From positions 1 through 64,000 of the forward strand of contig JAWMAR010000513.1 of NCBI GenBank assembly GCA_036785375.1: a stretch of DNA of 64,000 nt, given 5' to 3'. This DNA is from Leucoraja ocellata. Taxonomy: Eukaryota. Below the pieces are notes generated by a model, which ran no database searches, was not told the origin of the DNA, and saw only the letters and a program-made list of their open reading frames with translations. Made by a program: the position numbers and the translations under genes. Below, piece by piece: positions 1 to 12,194 of this stretch. Numbering within the stretch: the stretch's first letter is position 1; every line of letters begins with the position of its first letter.

Positions 1-44
1 GGCGGTGCTGGCTCGAAGGGCCAAATGGCCTACTCCTGCACCTA
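1..44 (+). mobile_element. CR1/HER1-type LINE 3' tail fragment
   Basis: ggcggtgctggctcgaagggccaaatggcctactcctgcacct, the CR1-type 3' end that recurs many times in the window (e.g. near 22430, 36730, 55500, 58830). Confidence 0.7.
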
Positions 45-360
45 GTGTGTATTGCCTACTGTGGTTTGATTTGCTGGCTGGCTTCCTGTCCACTGGCAAT
101 GTAGATTTTGGGCTGTTTTCCAAGCCAGTTTCACACTGCAACTTTCTCCAGAGCTAGTGCTAATACTCCTCTTTTGCATTCCCTGAAACTCACTCCAATT
201 CATCCAGGTTGGCTTAATTATCAATGCACGGGAAGTAAGGAGTAGTCAGGAGTGGATCTAGATCTTTGGCATGCCCAACTCGACTCTTCACTCTCGGTTC
301 CCTCGCTTTATACCTGTTTGTAGTATCTCGTGTGTATAAAATGGGTCAAATGTTTACCAA

Positions 361-585
361 TAGACACCAAAAGCTGGGGTAACTCAGCGGAACAGGCAGC
401 ATCTCTGGGAGAGAAGGAATAGATGACGTTGTGGGTCGAGACCCTTCCTCAGACTCTGAAGAAAGGTCTCGACCTGAAACATCACCCATTCCTCCTCTGC
501 AGAGATGCTGCCTGTCCCGCTGAGTTACTCCTGCTTTTTGTGTCTATCTTTGGTTTAAGCCAGCATCTGCAGTTCCTTCTTACAT
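361..585. repeat. Fold-back (head-to-head) pair of Penelope-like terminal modules with hammerhead-like cores
   Basis: Arm 361-452 is the imperfect reverse complement of arm 456-546; each carries a degenerate CTGAAGAAGGGTCTCGACCCGAAAC motif. Confidence 0.75.
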
Positions 586-825
586 AACTGTTTACCAATG
601 GTGGATTGAAGGAAGTTAGGTATGCTCAAATATGTTGAAAGAATTCGGAGAAGGGAGAGATTTGGGAGATTACATGGCTGGAGGAAGATGCAAAGATGGA
701 GAAAAAGTCCATAGAAGGATCTGTGAGCAATGTAATTTCAAACCATAAGATAAATTGTTTTTATTGCTCAATAGCCTTGTTGCTCACAAATATCTGGGAA
801 TATTTGGGCAAGTCCAACTCACCTA

Positions 826-1086
826 TAATAATAATAACTTTAATATAATAATAATAATAATAACTTTATTTATAAAGCCCTTTAAACAACTGCAGTTGCC
901 ACAAAGTGCTGTACATGAGAACTCGTGGACAAGAAGTTATTACAAACCATTAAAACCGTAAAACAAAGGACTATAAAACAGTAAAAATTAAAAGCACTAA
1001 AAACAGGAGCAATGTCTCAGCCAGTGTCGAAAGCCAGAGAATAAAAATGAGTTTTTAGGGTGGATTTGAAGATGGACAGTGAGGGC
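826..1086 (-). mobile_element. L2-clade LINE 3' fragment with (ATT)n tail
   Basis: On the minus strand it reads ...FKSTLKTHF..., then an L2-type 3' stem (gcactttgtggcaactgcagttgtttaaagggc), AATAAA and a trinucleotide tail. Confidence 0.55.
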
Positions 1087-1419
1087 CTAAAGGCCTTGAA
1101 GCCTTAATGAGCTCATGCAATAATGTAAATGGCTATCAACATCTTAGCTAGTCTCTGAGTAGCCATTCCTTGTTCAGGTTTCAGCTCCATTACCATCTTA
1201 TGCCAAGTACACACTAAACAGATTTTAACTTTGGATCTCAGTTAGACCACTTGAATTAAGGGTCTTTAGTATTTTAATTAACTGATAGAAGTAATTTATT
1301 TTCTCAAGTATACTATTTGTTCTAAACTTTTTCTTGCAACATAAATATTAGAGGGATGATAATGGTTGCATTCATTCAGCTTCCATGGTGCAAAAAATAT
1401 CTAAATCAATCCAAGTCAA

Positions 1420-1700
1420 CGAGTATGGAAACAGGCCCTTTGGCCCAACTCGTCCATGCTGACAAAGATGCCCCATCTAAGCTAGTCCTATTTTCCCACC
1501 TCTAAAACTTTCCTATCTATGTACCTGTCCAAGTGTCTTTTAAATGTTGTTATTGTACCTGTCTCCCCTGGCAGCACATTCCAGATACTTACCACCATCC
1601 AAATGAAATAGTCGCCCCTCAGATGCCTATTAAATCTTTCTCCTCTTGCGTTAAAGCTATGTCCTTTGGTTCTTGATTCCCCTACCCTGGGTAAAATAAC
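1420..1700 (-). mobile_element. CR1 LINE 3' fragment
   Basis: gaaacaggccctttggcccaac...atgtacctgtccaagtgtcttttaaatg is the reverse complement of the CR1 3' region seen at 14010-14268. Confidence 0.6.
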
Positions 1701-1880
1701 CTGTGTATTCAGCTCCCTTCACACCAAGAAATTTATTTTCATATTCACTGACTTCTTTGAGTGGAATAAAGTGGCTTGGTTGTGCCAAAAGGATACAGAA
1801 GTATACAGAGGAGCGAAATCTGTTTCAATATTAAAACCATATGTTTGATGGTAAAACAGATTGTTCTGCTTTCTCTGCAG

Positions 1881-2093
1881 ATATGCAATTCTGATGAACT
1901 CTGGGAAAATATTGTTTTGAGATATTGTGATACCATAACCTCCGAGATGCGAGCATTGGCTTTTGATGTTGGTTGGAAGGAGATCTTCTTCACCAACAAA
2001 CTTCAGCTGCAGAAAAAGATCTACCGAAGACGGCAAAAGGTTGAGGATAATGCCACTGATGTGCCAGATCAAAGCCATGCGTTGCAGAGTTAA
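1881..2093 (+). CDS. FBXO36: F-box only protein 36, last coding exon (upstream exons lie outside the window)
   Basis: Acceptor ttgttctgctttctctgcag ends at 1880. Phase-0 translation ICNSDELWENIVLRYCDTITSEMRALAFDVGWKEIFFTNKLQLQKKIYRRRQK...* matches the recalled FBXO36 C-terminus (SDKLWEQIVQSTCDTITPDVRALAEDTGWRQLFFTNKLQLQRQLRKRKQK). Stop TAA at 2091-2093. Confidence 0.92.
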   Translation: MCNSDELWENIVLRYCDTITSEMRALAFDVGWKEIFFTNKLQLQKKIYRRRQKVEDNATDVPDQSHALQS

Positions 2094-2435
2094 AACGACA
2101 AACAAAGTTGGTGCATACATTAGGAAATAGTTTGTTGCATTGTCATTTATGTTTCCATTTAAATTGCTCAAATAGTACACAGAGTGCCTTAATGCTTCAT
2201 CCTATGGACAATATTACTTAGTAAACCATTCTATATTTATTACATATTGTTGCTTTTTTTTGGAAAGTTTAATATGAGCCTAATCCATGAAATGGCCAGC
2301 AGAATGTATACCACTTGCCAATGTGGATAAGATGAAAGCAGAGATGTCTTTCACTCATTTCTGAAATAAGAATTCATCCCTTTTCACGGAGACCTCGCTT
2401 GTAGCCTAGTTCAAATTATGTTTTACCCTGAGGAA

Positions 2436-2485
2436 AATAAAAAGAAGTCCACAATGAGACCAACCACAGAAAAAAACTTAATAAA
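2436..2485 (+). promoter_or_regulatory. Candidate FBXO36 polyadenylation signals (AATAAA at 2436 and 2480; alternatives at 3032 and 3225)
   Basis: AATAAA hexamers downstream of the stop codon in AT-rich sequence; the one used cannot be determined from sequence. Confidence 0.3.
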
Positions 2486-3592
2486 ACTCTAAAACTTGAT
2501 CCCATTAGTTCCCCCATCCAACCCTCCACTGTCCTAAGAATTTCTGCTCCAAAGTTGTGATCAGCGCTCTTTTGCCCCAGGCTCCATCAATTATTTATCA
2601 CCTTTTTCCATTCTCCATCGGTCTGTCCATTTTTCTAATCTGTGGTTCTTTAGCCCTTAGATCTCTAACAAATTCAATGCCGTGGTTTATTGCCAAATGC
2701 TGATATATATATTTACATTCTTCCTCTGTCCCCACCCTACTATAAACTCCGTCCATCCAACATTCATCACCGCCACTGGTAAGGCCACCTTTCTGTAGGA
2801 GTTGTGCCTTGGGTTACTCAGCCATGTCCATTCAGACACAATGTACCTACCCAGTGAGGTATTGGAGAGTAACTGATTTTCGGCACTCGGGTTCACGGCA
2901 CTGAGCTACTGCAAATATTTCATTTACAAAATGTTATTTAGATTTTTCCATTTGCTGTTGTAGTTCTCAATAACATGCATGCATCTAGTATATTGCGCAA
3001 TTTTAACTCCCTTTTAGTTTTGTAAATCTGAAATAAAAGCTTTTTTTTCACCTATTATGCACTTGCTCTGACATGGCAATTGTGACTTTGTAGTGCATAT
3101 TAGGAGATTGGAGATATTTTTATATTTTATTAAATCCTAATTGTACATCCACTATTCCATCCAGTGAAACTAGATGAATGATTTTAAGCAACTTCAGTTT
3201 GTGAGGTGTAAATAGTTACTGCTTAATAAACGTTCTGATTTATCTTAGAAAAATATGGCTTTGGAGCATTATTATTGTGTTTATTCTTAAGGAATTGTCC
3301 TGGTGTTGGGCTCTGTTTTTAGTCTCTCCGTTAATCTCAAAATACCTCTATTACTAGTTCGAATAGGCTACTATCATACATTATATATCACAAGTAAGTA
3401 GTGTGCTGGACTAATGAATAGGTCTTGCAGGCAAACCTAAAACTTGTATGTCCTTTCTCAGTTCGAAGTTGGGTGATTTGATTAGTTTATTGCCATATGC
3501 ACCAGGGTTCAGAATGAAAGGACGTTCTTTTAGGAAGAAGATGAGGATACATTTCTTTAGCCAGAGGATGGTGAATCTGTGGAATTCTGCAA

Positions 3593-5595
3593 CTGAGTTT
3601 TTGCTCATCGCAGTCCTAAATGGCCTGCCCCTTATTCTTAAACTGTGACCCCTGGTTCTGCATTCCCCCAACATGGGGAACATTTTTTCTGCATCTAGCC
3701 TGTCCAATTCCCTAAGAATTTTATATGTTTCTCTAAGATTCCCTCTCATCCTTCTAAATATAAGCCCAGCTGACCCATTCTTTCATCATATGACAGTCCC
3801 ACCATCCTGGGAATTAATCTGGTGAACCAACGCTGCACTCCCTCAATAGCAAGAATGAACTTCCTCAAATTAGCAGACCAAAATGGCACACAATACTCCA
3901 GGTATGTTCTCACCAGGGCCCCGTACAACTGCAGTAGGACCTCCTTCTATACTCAAATCCTCTCATTATGAAGGCCCACGTGCCATTTACTTTCTTCACT
4001 GCCTGCTGCATGATTATTTTCCATGACTGATGTACAAGGACACCCAGGTCTCATTGCACCTCCCCTTTTCCTAATCTGACACCATTCAGATAATAATCTG
4101 CCTTCTTGTTCTTGCCACCAAAGTGGATAACCTCACATTTATCCACATTATACTGCATCTGCCATGCATCTGCCCACTCACCCAACCTATCCAAGTCACC
4201 CTGCAGCCTCAGCATCCTCCTCGCAGCTCACACAGCCACCCAGCTTTGTGTCATCTGCAAACTTGGAGATGTTACGTTTAATTCCTTTGTCTAAATCATT
4301 AATATATATTGTAAATAACTGGGGTGCTAGCACTGAGCCTTACGGCATCTCACTGGTCAATGCCTGCCATTCGGAAAAGGACCTGTTAATTCCTACTCTT
4401 AGCTTCATGTCTGCCAACCAGTCCTTTATCCAATACCAAGTGCTCTAATTCTGCACACTAATCTCTTGCGTGGGACCTTGTCAAATGCTTTTTGAAAGTC
4501 CAGTTACACCACATTGACTGGCTCTCCCTTATCCATTCTACTTGTTACATCCTCAAAAAATTCCAGATTAGTCAAGCATAAATCATAAATCCATGCTGAC
4601 TTTGACCAATCCCGTCAATGCTTTCCAAATGCACTGCTATTACATCTTTAATAATCGACTCGAGCATCTTCCCCACTACTGATATCAGGCTAACTGGTCT
4701 ATAATCCCATGTTTTCTCTCACCCTCCTTTCTTAAAAAAAGTGGCTATCCTCCAGTCCACAGTAAATGATCCAGTCTACAGAACTTTGGAAAATGATCAT
4801 CCACGATTTCTAGGGCCACCCCCTTGAGTACTCTGGGATGCAGACCATCAGGCCGTGGGCATTTATCTGCTTTCAGTCCCAACAGTTTACCTAACGCCAT
4901 TTCCTGACTAATGTGGATTTCCTTCCGTTCCTCCTTCCCGCTAGATCCTCGGTCCACTAGTATTTAATGGAGATTGTTTGTATCTTCTTTAATGAAGACA
5001 GAACCATGTACTTGTTTAACTGGTCTGCCATTTTCTTGTTTCCCATTATAAATTCACCCGTTTTTGACTGCAATGGGACCAACATTTGTATTTACTAATC
5101 TTTTTCTCTTCGCATATGTATAGAAACTTTTACAGTCAGTTTTAATATTCACTTTCTTTCATGCTCTATTTCCCCCCTCTTAATTAACTTCTTTGTCCTC
5201 CTGTGTTGAGTTCTAAATTTCTCCCAGTCCTCTGGTTTGCTGCTTCAATTTATATGCCTCTTCCTTGGATTTAACACTATTATTAATTTCCCTCATTCAC
5301 CACGGTTAAGCTGCCTTCCCTGTTTTTATTTTTACGCCAGACAGGGATGAACAATAGTTGTAATTCATCCACGCGATCTTTAAATCTTTGCTATTTCATA
5401 TCCACCGTTAACCCTTTAAGTATCATTTGCCAGTCTATCCTAGCCAATTCCCGTCTCATACCATCAAAGTTACCTTTCTTTACGTTCAGGACCCTCGTCT
5501 CTGAATTAACTGTGTCACTCTCCATCTTAATGCAGAATTCTACCATATTATGGTCACTGTTGTTTAAGGGGATTTGCACAACCAGATTGCTAACT
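3593..5595 (-). mobile_element. Degenerate CR1 (HER1-like) LINE ORF2, about 2 kb
   Basis: Frameshifted fragments in collinear order: PLNNSDHNMVEF/KKGNFDGMRRELARIDW (endonuclease C-term), LKADKCPRPDGLHPRVLKGVA (RT start), YGALVRTYLEYCVPFWS..IEGVQRWFTRLIP, RGNLRETYKILRELDRLD..TRGHSLRI. Confidence 0.9.
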
Positions 5596-5719
5596 ACATT
5601 GTTGTATATACATAAAACAATGATAAATGTACTAATAAATATAACAGCGAGTGCAATACAGCAGAATGGTACAAGATTATCATGTAAAATCCAAGTAGTG
5701 CAAAAGAATATTATACAAA

Positions 5720-6770
5720 TCGCATAACTGAAATGAGCTATGACTACATGGCCACATCTCTGGTAATTGGATGTGAATGAGGTGATTGATTCAGGAGTCG
5801 GATAGCAGTAGGAAAAAGATTATTCATAAGTCTGGGCCCTTGTTTTCAAGCTCCTATATTTTCTCCCAGAAGTTAGAAGAGAGAAAAAGGAATGGCTAGG
5901 ATGGCAAGCATCCTTGATATTTCCAGCCTTCCTGATTCAATGCACCATACTGAATGGTAGTGACAAGCCTGTGATTGACTGAGCGGTTGGTATTCCTCAT
6001 TCTCTGCCAGTTCAGATGGTCAAGAGCAGAGCAATTCCTCTACCAGGCTGTGATGCATCCTATCAGTATCCTTTATATATTACATTTGTAGAGGTTTGAG
6101 GAAATCCTTGAGGATTTGCTTAGTATTTGATGACAGCTTCAGTGAAGGGACCAGATTAGCTGCTAGTGACATGGATGTCTGGGAACTATACTCTGTTCTC
6201 CAAGTTGATGAAGCCAGTTGTTGAGGATGGGCCACCACCTTGAGTATTCTGGGATGCAGAATCAGGCCCATGGGATTGATCTGCCTTCAGTCCCAACAGT
6301 TTACCTAACACCATGTTAGGGACTGAAGGCAGATAAATGCATGCCACACAATAGTTGACTCACTTGCATAATTAGGTTAACAACAAACTATTTTGTTTTT
6401 GTTGATGTTAATGGCTAGGTTGTTATTCTGACACCATGACACTGTTGTTTCTCTCTTTCCTGAATGTTGTCTCATTGCTATCGTTGATTCGGCTGACAAC
6501 AGTGGCATCATCGCCAAACTCAAAATGGTTTGGCATTGTACTTCGCCACACAGTCATGGGTATGCAGGTAGTGGAGCACACAATGCAGAGGGACATGGTG
6601 GAGGAAATATTATGACCAGTTCCGACTGTCAGTCAAGAAGTCCAGAAGTCAGTTGCAGATGGAGACCCTAAATTCAAGGTCCAAAAATTTAGGGATGAGC
6701 TTATATGGTGTTGAAGACTGTGCTGCAGTCAATGAAATACTAGGTGTAGCTCCAGGATCTGTCCATGCTG
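5720..6770 (-). mobile_element. Old Rex1/Babar-type LINE remnants, with a short CR1 piece near 6225-6345
   Basis: Minus-strand F(G/A)DDATV-like RT motif near 6500-6520 and a Rex1-type 3' segment at 5800-6070 resembling the better copy at 48692-49440. Confidence 0.45.
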
Positions 6771-6960
6771 CTTTTCAATGAAAATACATTTTAACATATT
6801 AATAAATTCAATATACACATGTGTTTGGCTACACAAATTTGTAGGAAGTGGTGGGAATCAAAAGATAAACTGTTAAGGAAAGAGAGCAAGTTCTGCCAGG
6901 CACAGGGGGAGTGTTCGTTGAGGAGAACTGTGTGAATCACTGTTTTGGAGAAAAGCATAA

Positions 6961-7186
6961 AGGGCCTGTCCCACTTGGCAATTTTTTCGGCGACTGCCGG
7001 CAACATTGACTGACGTATCAGGTCACCGAAAATGTCGCGGCATGACCCGGCGTGATGACGTATGACACGCGGTGTTTTTTCAAGTGTCGCAACTATTTTT
7101 TGCCGCCACTGGATTTTGAAATGTTCAAGATATAATTCTTTAAATGTTCAAAGTCGCAGAAAAAATTGCCAAGTGGGACAGGCCCT
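6961..7186. mobile_element. PIF/Harbinger-type MITE
   Basis: 28-bp perfect TIR AGGGCCTGTCCCACTTGGCAATTTTTTC; TAA target-site duplication at 6958-6960 and 7187-7189. Confidence 0.88.
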
Positions 7187-7189
7187 TAA

Positions 7190-7600
7190 GGCCTTCCTAA
7201 TGAGGGATTGTATATTCATGGTGAAGTTGAAGGTGGTGGGAGCAAGGGAATTGGAAGTTGTTGAACTGCTGGAGAGCATGTGAGATGTACCAGATGGAGG
7301 TGGGAAGGGATTGGATAAGGGGTGACTAGACGCAGCCAAGATACAAGAAGATAAGTTCAGTGGGTCAATTACGGGTGGTTAAACGGCCCTACTGGGGCAG
7401 TCCTGCTTGTGAATCTTGGAGACGATAGCTTCCCACCACTGCACTGTTACTGTCATATTGGAAGCTGTGGAGGGGAGACCACCTGAAGCGTTGAGATCTG
7501 AGATGGTACGGGAGTCAGTGGCCAGATTATTGGTGGGGTCATAGTCCAAGTGGAGATGAGGGGATGTCGATGAGCTGACCTCTGCAAGGTTGCCTGTCCT
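7190..7600 (-). mobile_element. Penelope-like element RT fragment (degenerate)
   Basis: SKIHKQDCPSRAV and FTMNIQSL fragments resemble the PLE RT motifs PKIHK..PGRP and TMDVQSLY. Confidence 0.6.
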
Positions 7601-8169
7601 GCTGAGTTCCTCTAGCTGCACTCCTTTTATTTGCTACAGATTCCAGCAACTTGTCTCAAAAGAAAAGTTTAAATCAGAAGTTTTCCAAGATGAGGAAGTA
7701 CAAATGGAGCAGATCTGGGAATACATGACCTTCCCAGGTTACCATAAGGTTCCTGTCAACTGTTCGTAACCAGTTTGCAATGTTTAAACGGGGCCACAAA
7801 CAGAATTCCCACCAGGCAGAAGATGTCAGCAGATCTGCAGCAGAGGGCAAATCCAACTAACCATCTCCCAATTGCTCATTCATATGTTCAGGCTGTACAT
7901 CAATTGGATGTTCACTAAGTGGAGAGAATCTGTAATATGACATCTGGACAAAAATGAATTGTGAATAAATGGAACCAATGCAAACAAGATTGTGAATAAT
8001 ATCATTTACAAATATTTTCTATTCACATTGAATAACTCGCATTGTATTCAAATATCTTAATCATTTTCAGATTATTGAACCTACATTATAACAGAGGCTG
8101 TTGACAGGTCCATGCATAAGAGGAGGCAAGGGATGAAAGGATTGTAGTACAATGTTAAAGAACATGAGA

Positions 8170-8480
8170 TTTAGACTTTACTTTAGATTTTAGAGATGCA
8201 GCATGGAAACAGGCCCTTTGGCCCATTGAGTCCGCGTCGACCAGCAATCACCCCGTACACTAGCACTATCCTCCACACTAGGGATGATTTTCAATTTACA
8301 GAAGCCAATTAATCTACAACGTTGTATGGTTTTGGAGTGTGGAAGGAAACCAGAGCACTCGGAGAAAACCCCACAGGTAGAACGTACAAATTCCGGAGAG
8401 CCAGAACCCGTAGTCAGGAACGAACCCGTGCCTCTGTCGCTATAAGTCAGCAACTCTACCACTGGGCCACTCTGCCACCC
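8170..8480 (-). mobile_element. tRNA-derived V-SINE (HE1-like), near full length
   Basis: tRNA-like head with A/B-box-like segments, V-domain (gagtgctctggtttccttccaca) and CR1-type tail aagggcctgtttccatgctgcatctcta. Confidence 0.85.
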
Positions 8481-8689
8481 AGACAATACCAGGTAATTTT
8501 ACAGAACAATGGTTAGACTATGTTTGAAGTATTATGTTGCTACACTATAGGTAGGATGTGGTTGTGCTGGGTGGAGTGTAAAAGAGTTACGGCAAGTTGT
8601 TGCCTGGATTGAAGGTTTTTAGTTCTGGGGTGAGATTGGCGACGCTAGCTTTGCTAAGCAGCTGCGCTCTGTCTGATGTGGTCATCTGG

Positions 8690-9345
8690 ATGTTCTGGTT
8701 GCTGGCCATTTTAATTCCACTCCCATTCTTACGCCGACCTGTCTGTCCTCAGCCTCCTCAACTGCCAAAATCTAACTAGAGGAACAGCACCTCATATTCT
8801 TCCATGGAAGTATACAACCCAACAGCATGATTATTGAATTCTCCATTTTCTGTCACTTTCTCTCATTTCCTATCTACTCTGTACCCTTTAATACCAGCTC
8901 CTCCCCGCCCCCTATCATTCTGTCTTTCCCTTTCTTCCTCACACATTCCTCCCAGTGGTTCACATTCCCCCTCCCCCTCTGCTCACCTCTGTTGCTTCCA
9001 TCTGCCACCTCCCCTCATTCAAGTCCATTTTCACCTTCCTATCAGATTTCAGATTCTGCAGCCATTTTCGTCTCCACTTATCACCTCTCATCTTCTGTTC
9101 ACTATCTCCGGCCACCAACCACCCTGCCGCCCTCCTCTGCCGACTCTTATCTGCTCATTAACCTTTCCTCACCTGTAACCACCCAGCACTTTCTCACTCT
9201 TGCCCCAGCCCTGCCTCGTAACACTGGCCTCTTCCCTTCTATTCTTTCAGCCCAGATGACGAGCCATGGACCCGAAAAGTCAACTGCCCACCTCTCTCCT
9301 CGGGTGCTGCCTGATCCACTGAGTTCCTCCCTCCACCTGCTCTTG
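8690..9345 (+). mobile_element. Penelope-like 3' fragment (GIY-YIG C-terminus plus terminal module)
   Basis: LEEQHLIF segment at about 8776-8800, a pyrimidine-rich 3' region, and a degenerate terminal module at 9255-9345. Confidence 0.6.
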
Positions 9346-9469
9346 GTTATTAACCTTTTTCGTTGTTGCTATGTTCCCAATTCCAATGAAGGGAAACTTG
9401 CACTTGATTCCTCCTGAAACCACGCCAGTATAGGATCTTTGCCAGTGGTGGCCGGCAATGATGATTGTT

Positions 9470-10007
9470 GCAGAAGATTGCTGATGGGCACCCGAAAAAG
9501 GGACCACATCATCCCAATTCTGGCCTCTCTCCACTGTCTCCCAGTACGGTTCCGAATCAATTTCAAGTTCCTTCTTTATGTTTACAAAGCCCTTAACGGG
9601 CTTGCCCCCACCTACATCAAAAATCTGCTAACTCACCATTCTACCTCCAGGTCCCTTAGGTCGGCCGACTTGGGGTTACTGACCGTCCCGTGGTCTAGGC
9701 ATAAGCTCAGGGGCGACCGCGCTTTTGCGGTTGCAGCACCTAGACTATGGAACAGCATCCCTCTTCCCATCAAAACTGCCCCCTCCATCAAATCTTTTAA
9801 GTCTAGACTTAAACTTTATTTCAACTCACAAGCATTTCTTGAGGTCCTCTGCGGGAGCGCTGTATGTATGTATTTATGTATGTATTGTTGATCTATGTAC
9901 CACTGTTTGTAGCACGTTAGTACGTGCACTAATGTAAAGCACTTTGGGCAACGAGGGTTATTTTTAAATGTGCTATAGAAATAAAATTGACTTGACTTGA
10001 CTTGACT
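9470..10007 (+). mobile_element. L2-clade LINE 3' end
   Basis: RKRDHIIPILASLHCLPVRFRINFK..KALNGLAPTYI..LRS..GDRAFAVAAPRLWNSIP..FKSRLK is the typical L2 ORF2 C-terminus; followed by gtaaagcactttggg..aaatgtgctatagaaataaa and a (TTGAC)n tail. Confidence 0.92.
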
Positions 10008-11389
10008 TTCACCACAGAGTGTAACTGTACACTTACACTATGATGTTTAAAGAGACAGTTCAGCCAAAGATAGAAACTCGCCCATGGAGTGTAACTAATG
10101 TACACCATGTGACAACTGATTACAACGATTGCATGATACGCCATTCAACTATTCTAGTGACGGCTGCAAAGTTATATATCTGGACTCCCAACTAGTTAAA
10201 CCCGTCAGTGACATTCAGTTTCCTTGGTTCAGGTTTATAACCTAAGCCTAAAATGTTCTCCCTTTTAAGTTTCTATCCTTTCAATCCAGGCTAGATTTAA
10301 AAGAAGGTAGACAAATGTGCTATAGAAACTCAGTGGGTGCGGCAGCATCTATGGAGCGAAGGAAATAGGCAACGTTTTGGGCTGAACACCTTCTTCAGAC
10401 TGATTTAAAAGATGTAGCTGAATGAAAACTACCGCATATTTATGTATATCCCACCTAGTAACTCTCTCAATTGTCAATACCACCAAGCAACTCCAAGCTG
10501 AATTATAGCCAAGATTTAAATATGGCACAAATATGTACTATTATTGAACTTGTTAAGTTTTTGATTTAATACATTGATATAATCTTTTCCACTTCTATTA
10601 GTTTTACTAATAATTAAACAGCTATTAGTTTTACTGTTGTGTCATTTTTTTTTAATTAGATTTTTTTTAAAAACATGAATGTATGAGATACTTGCCAGAT
10701 TTTACAATTTAAGAGATGACACAGTTGGGAAAAAATTTAAGTTGTCATATCGAGTAACAGTGTACAAAGCAGCTTTGCCCAGCTGTGTTCCTGTTATTCA
10801 TTATGATGGCTACATTGACTCAGTGGAAAACACTGACTTGCACAACAGTAGCTATGTACCTTATTTTGAGAAGCAGCATGACTATCATTGACTGTCTCAA
10901 TGTGGGTCTGGTATTCTCAGCATCGTCTGGTATTTTTTTGCAGCCAGTCCGCAATTGAATGAAATTATGTCAATTTACCGTATTAACAAATAAAATGAAT
11001 CATCATTTCTTTTTTGACTAGGTTCACTAGCAATAGAATAATGAAAAGATATTTAAAGGAAACAAATGCAGGAGCCAAACTTAAATGCACCAGAATCTGT
11101 AAAAACACGTGGAAAAGATTATGAAGTCATTGGATCATAGTAATTTTCACCCCAGAGATGGTCAACTGATCAGCATATGTTCAAAATTAGGGGCAATACA
11201 TGTTGGTTCAGCAAGGGGATTCAGGTATAAGACACAGGAGTGGAAAAATCAAGTTGCTGGTGGAATCCCATTATGACCTTTCTGAATGGTAGAGCAGCTG
11301 TCCAACTTATTTCACTGATGGGTGCCAGAGAAGCTGTTGAAGCAATGCTTAACAGAAACAGACTTTAGAGAAAGAAAATTCTCACCTCC

Positions 11390-11910
11390 AAAGATAGACA
11401 CAAAATGCTGGATTAACTCAGCGGGTCAGACAGCATCCCTGGAGAACATGGATAGCAATGTTTTGGGCCAGGACCCTTCTTCAGACCCTAAACGTCACCT
11501 ATCCATGTTCTCCAGGGATGCCTAACCCGCTGAGTTACTCCAGCATGGTGTGTCTATCTTTGGTATAAGCCACCATCTGCAGTTACCTTTTATCACAAAC
11601 TCACCTCCAAGTTTGTTAAGTTTATTTGTGTTCAAGAAGGAACTGCAGATGCTTGAAAATCGAAGGTAGACAAAAATGCTGGAGAAACTCAGCAGGTGCG
11701 GCAGCATCTATGGAGCGAAGGAAATAGGCTACGTTTCAGGCCAAAACCCTTCTTCGGACTGATGCGGGGTGGGGGGGGGGGGGGGGCGGGAAGAAAGAAA
11801 GAGGAGGAGCCAGAGGGCTGAGGAGAGCTGAGAAGGGGAGGAGACAGCAAGGGCTACCGGAAATTGGAGAAGTCAATGTTCAGGCCACTGGGGTGCAGAC
11901 TGCCCAAGCG
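11390..11910. repeat. Fold-back Penelope terminal module pair (11390-11590) followed by a minus-strand PLE 3' fragment (11630-11910)
   Basis: agacacaaaatgctgg..gacccttcttcagac with its reverse complement; second piece contains the module, a G-run and the end of the GIY-YIG region. Confidence 0.7.
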
Positions 11911-12194
11911 GTTTATTTTAAGTTTATTTGTGAGTAGTTTTTTTCAAGATCAACACTGACTACCATTTCTGCAACACTTATTGCCTCTTCGGCTCGGTAA
12001 CAACTGGTCAATTAAGTGATTAGTGATTTTTGCCAATTCTGTCTTTGGCCCCAAGATATTCAATCAAAGCAGAATAGGTTTCTTTGCAGACTATTAGATT
12101 TAGCTCTTAGTGTGGCTGTCAACAATTCAAGTAGATTCCAAAGTGACATTTTCAAAAAGATGTCAATGTGTCATTAAATCTATTATGACATCCA

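Noticed and set aside
8827-9417. 196-aa Ser/Pro-rich ORF
   Set aside because: Pyrimidine-rich 3' region of a PLE; a compositional artefact.
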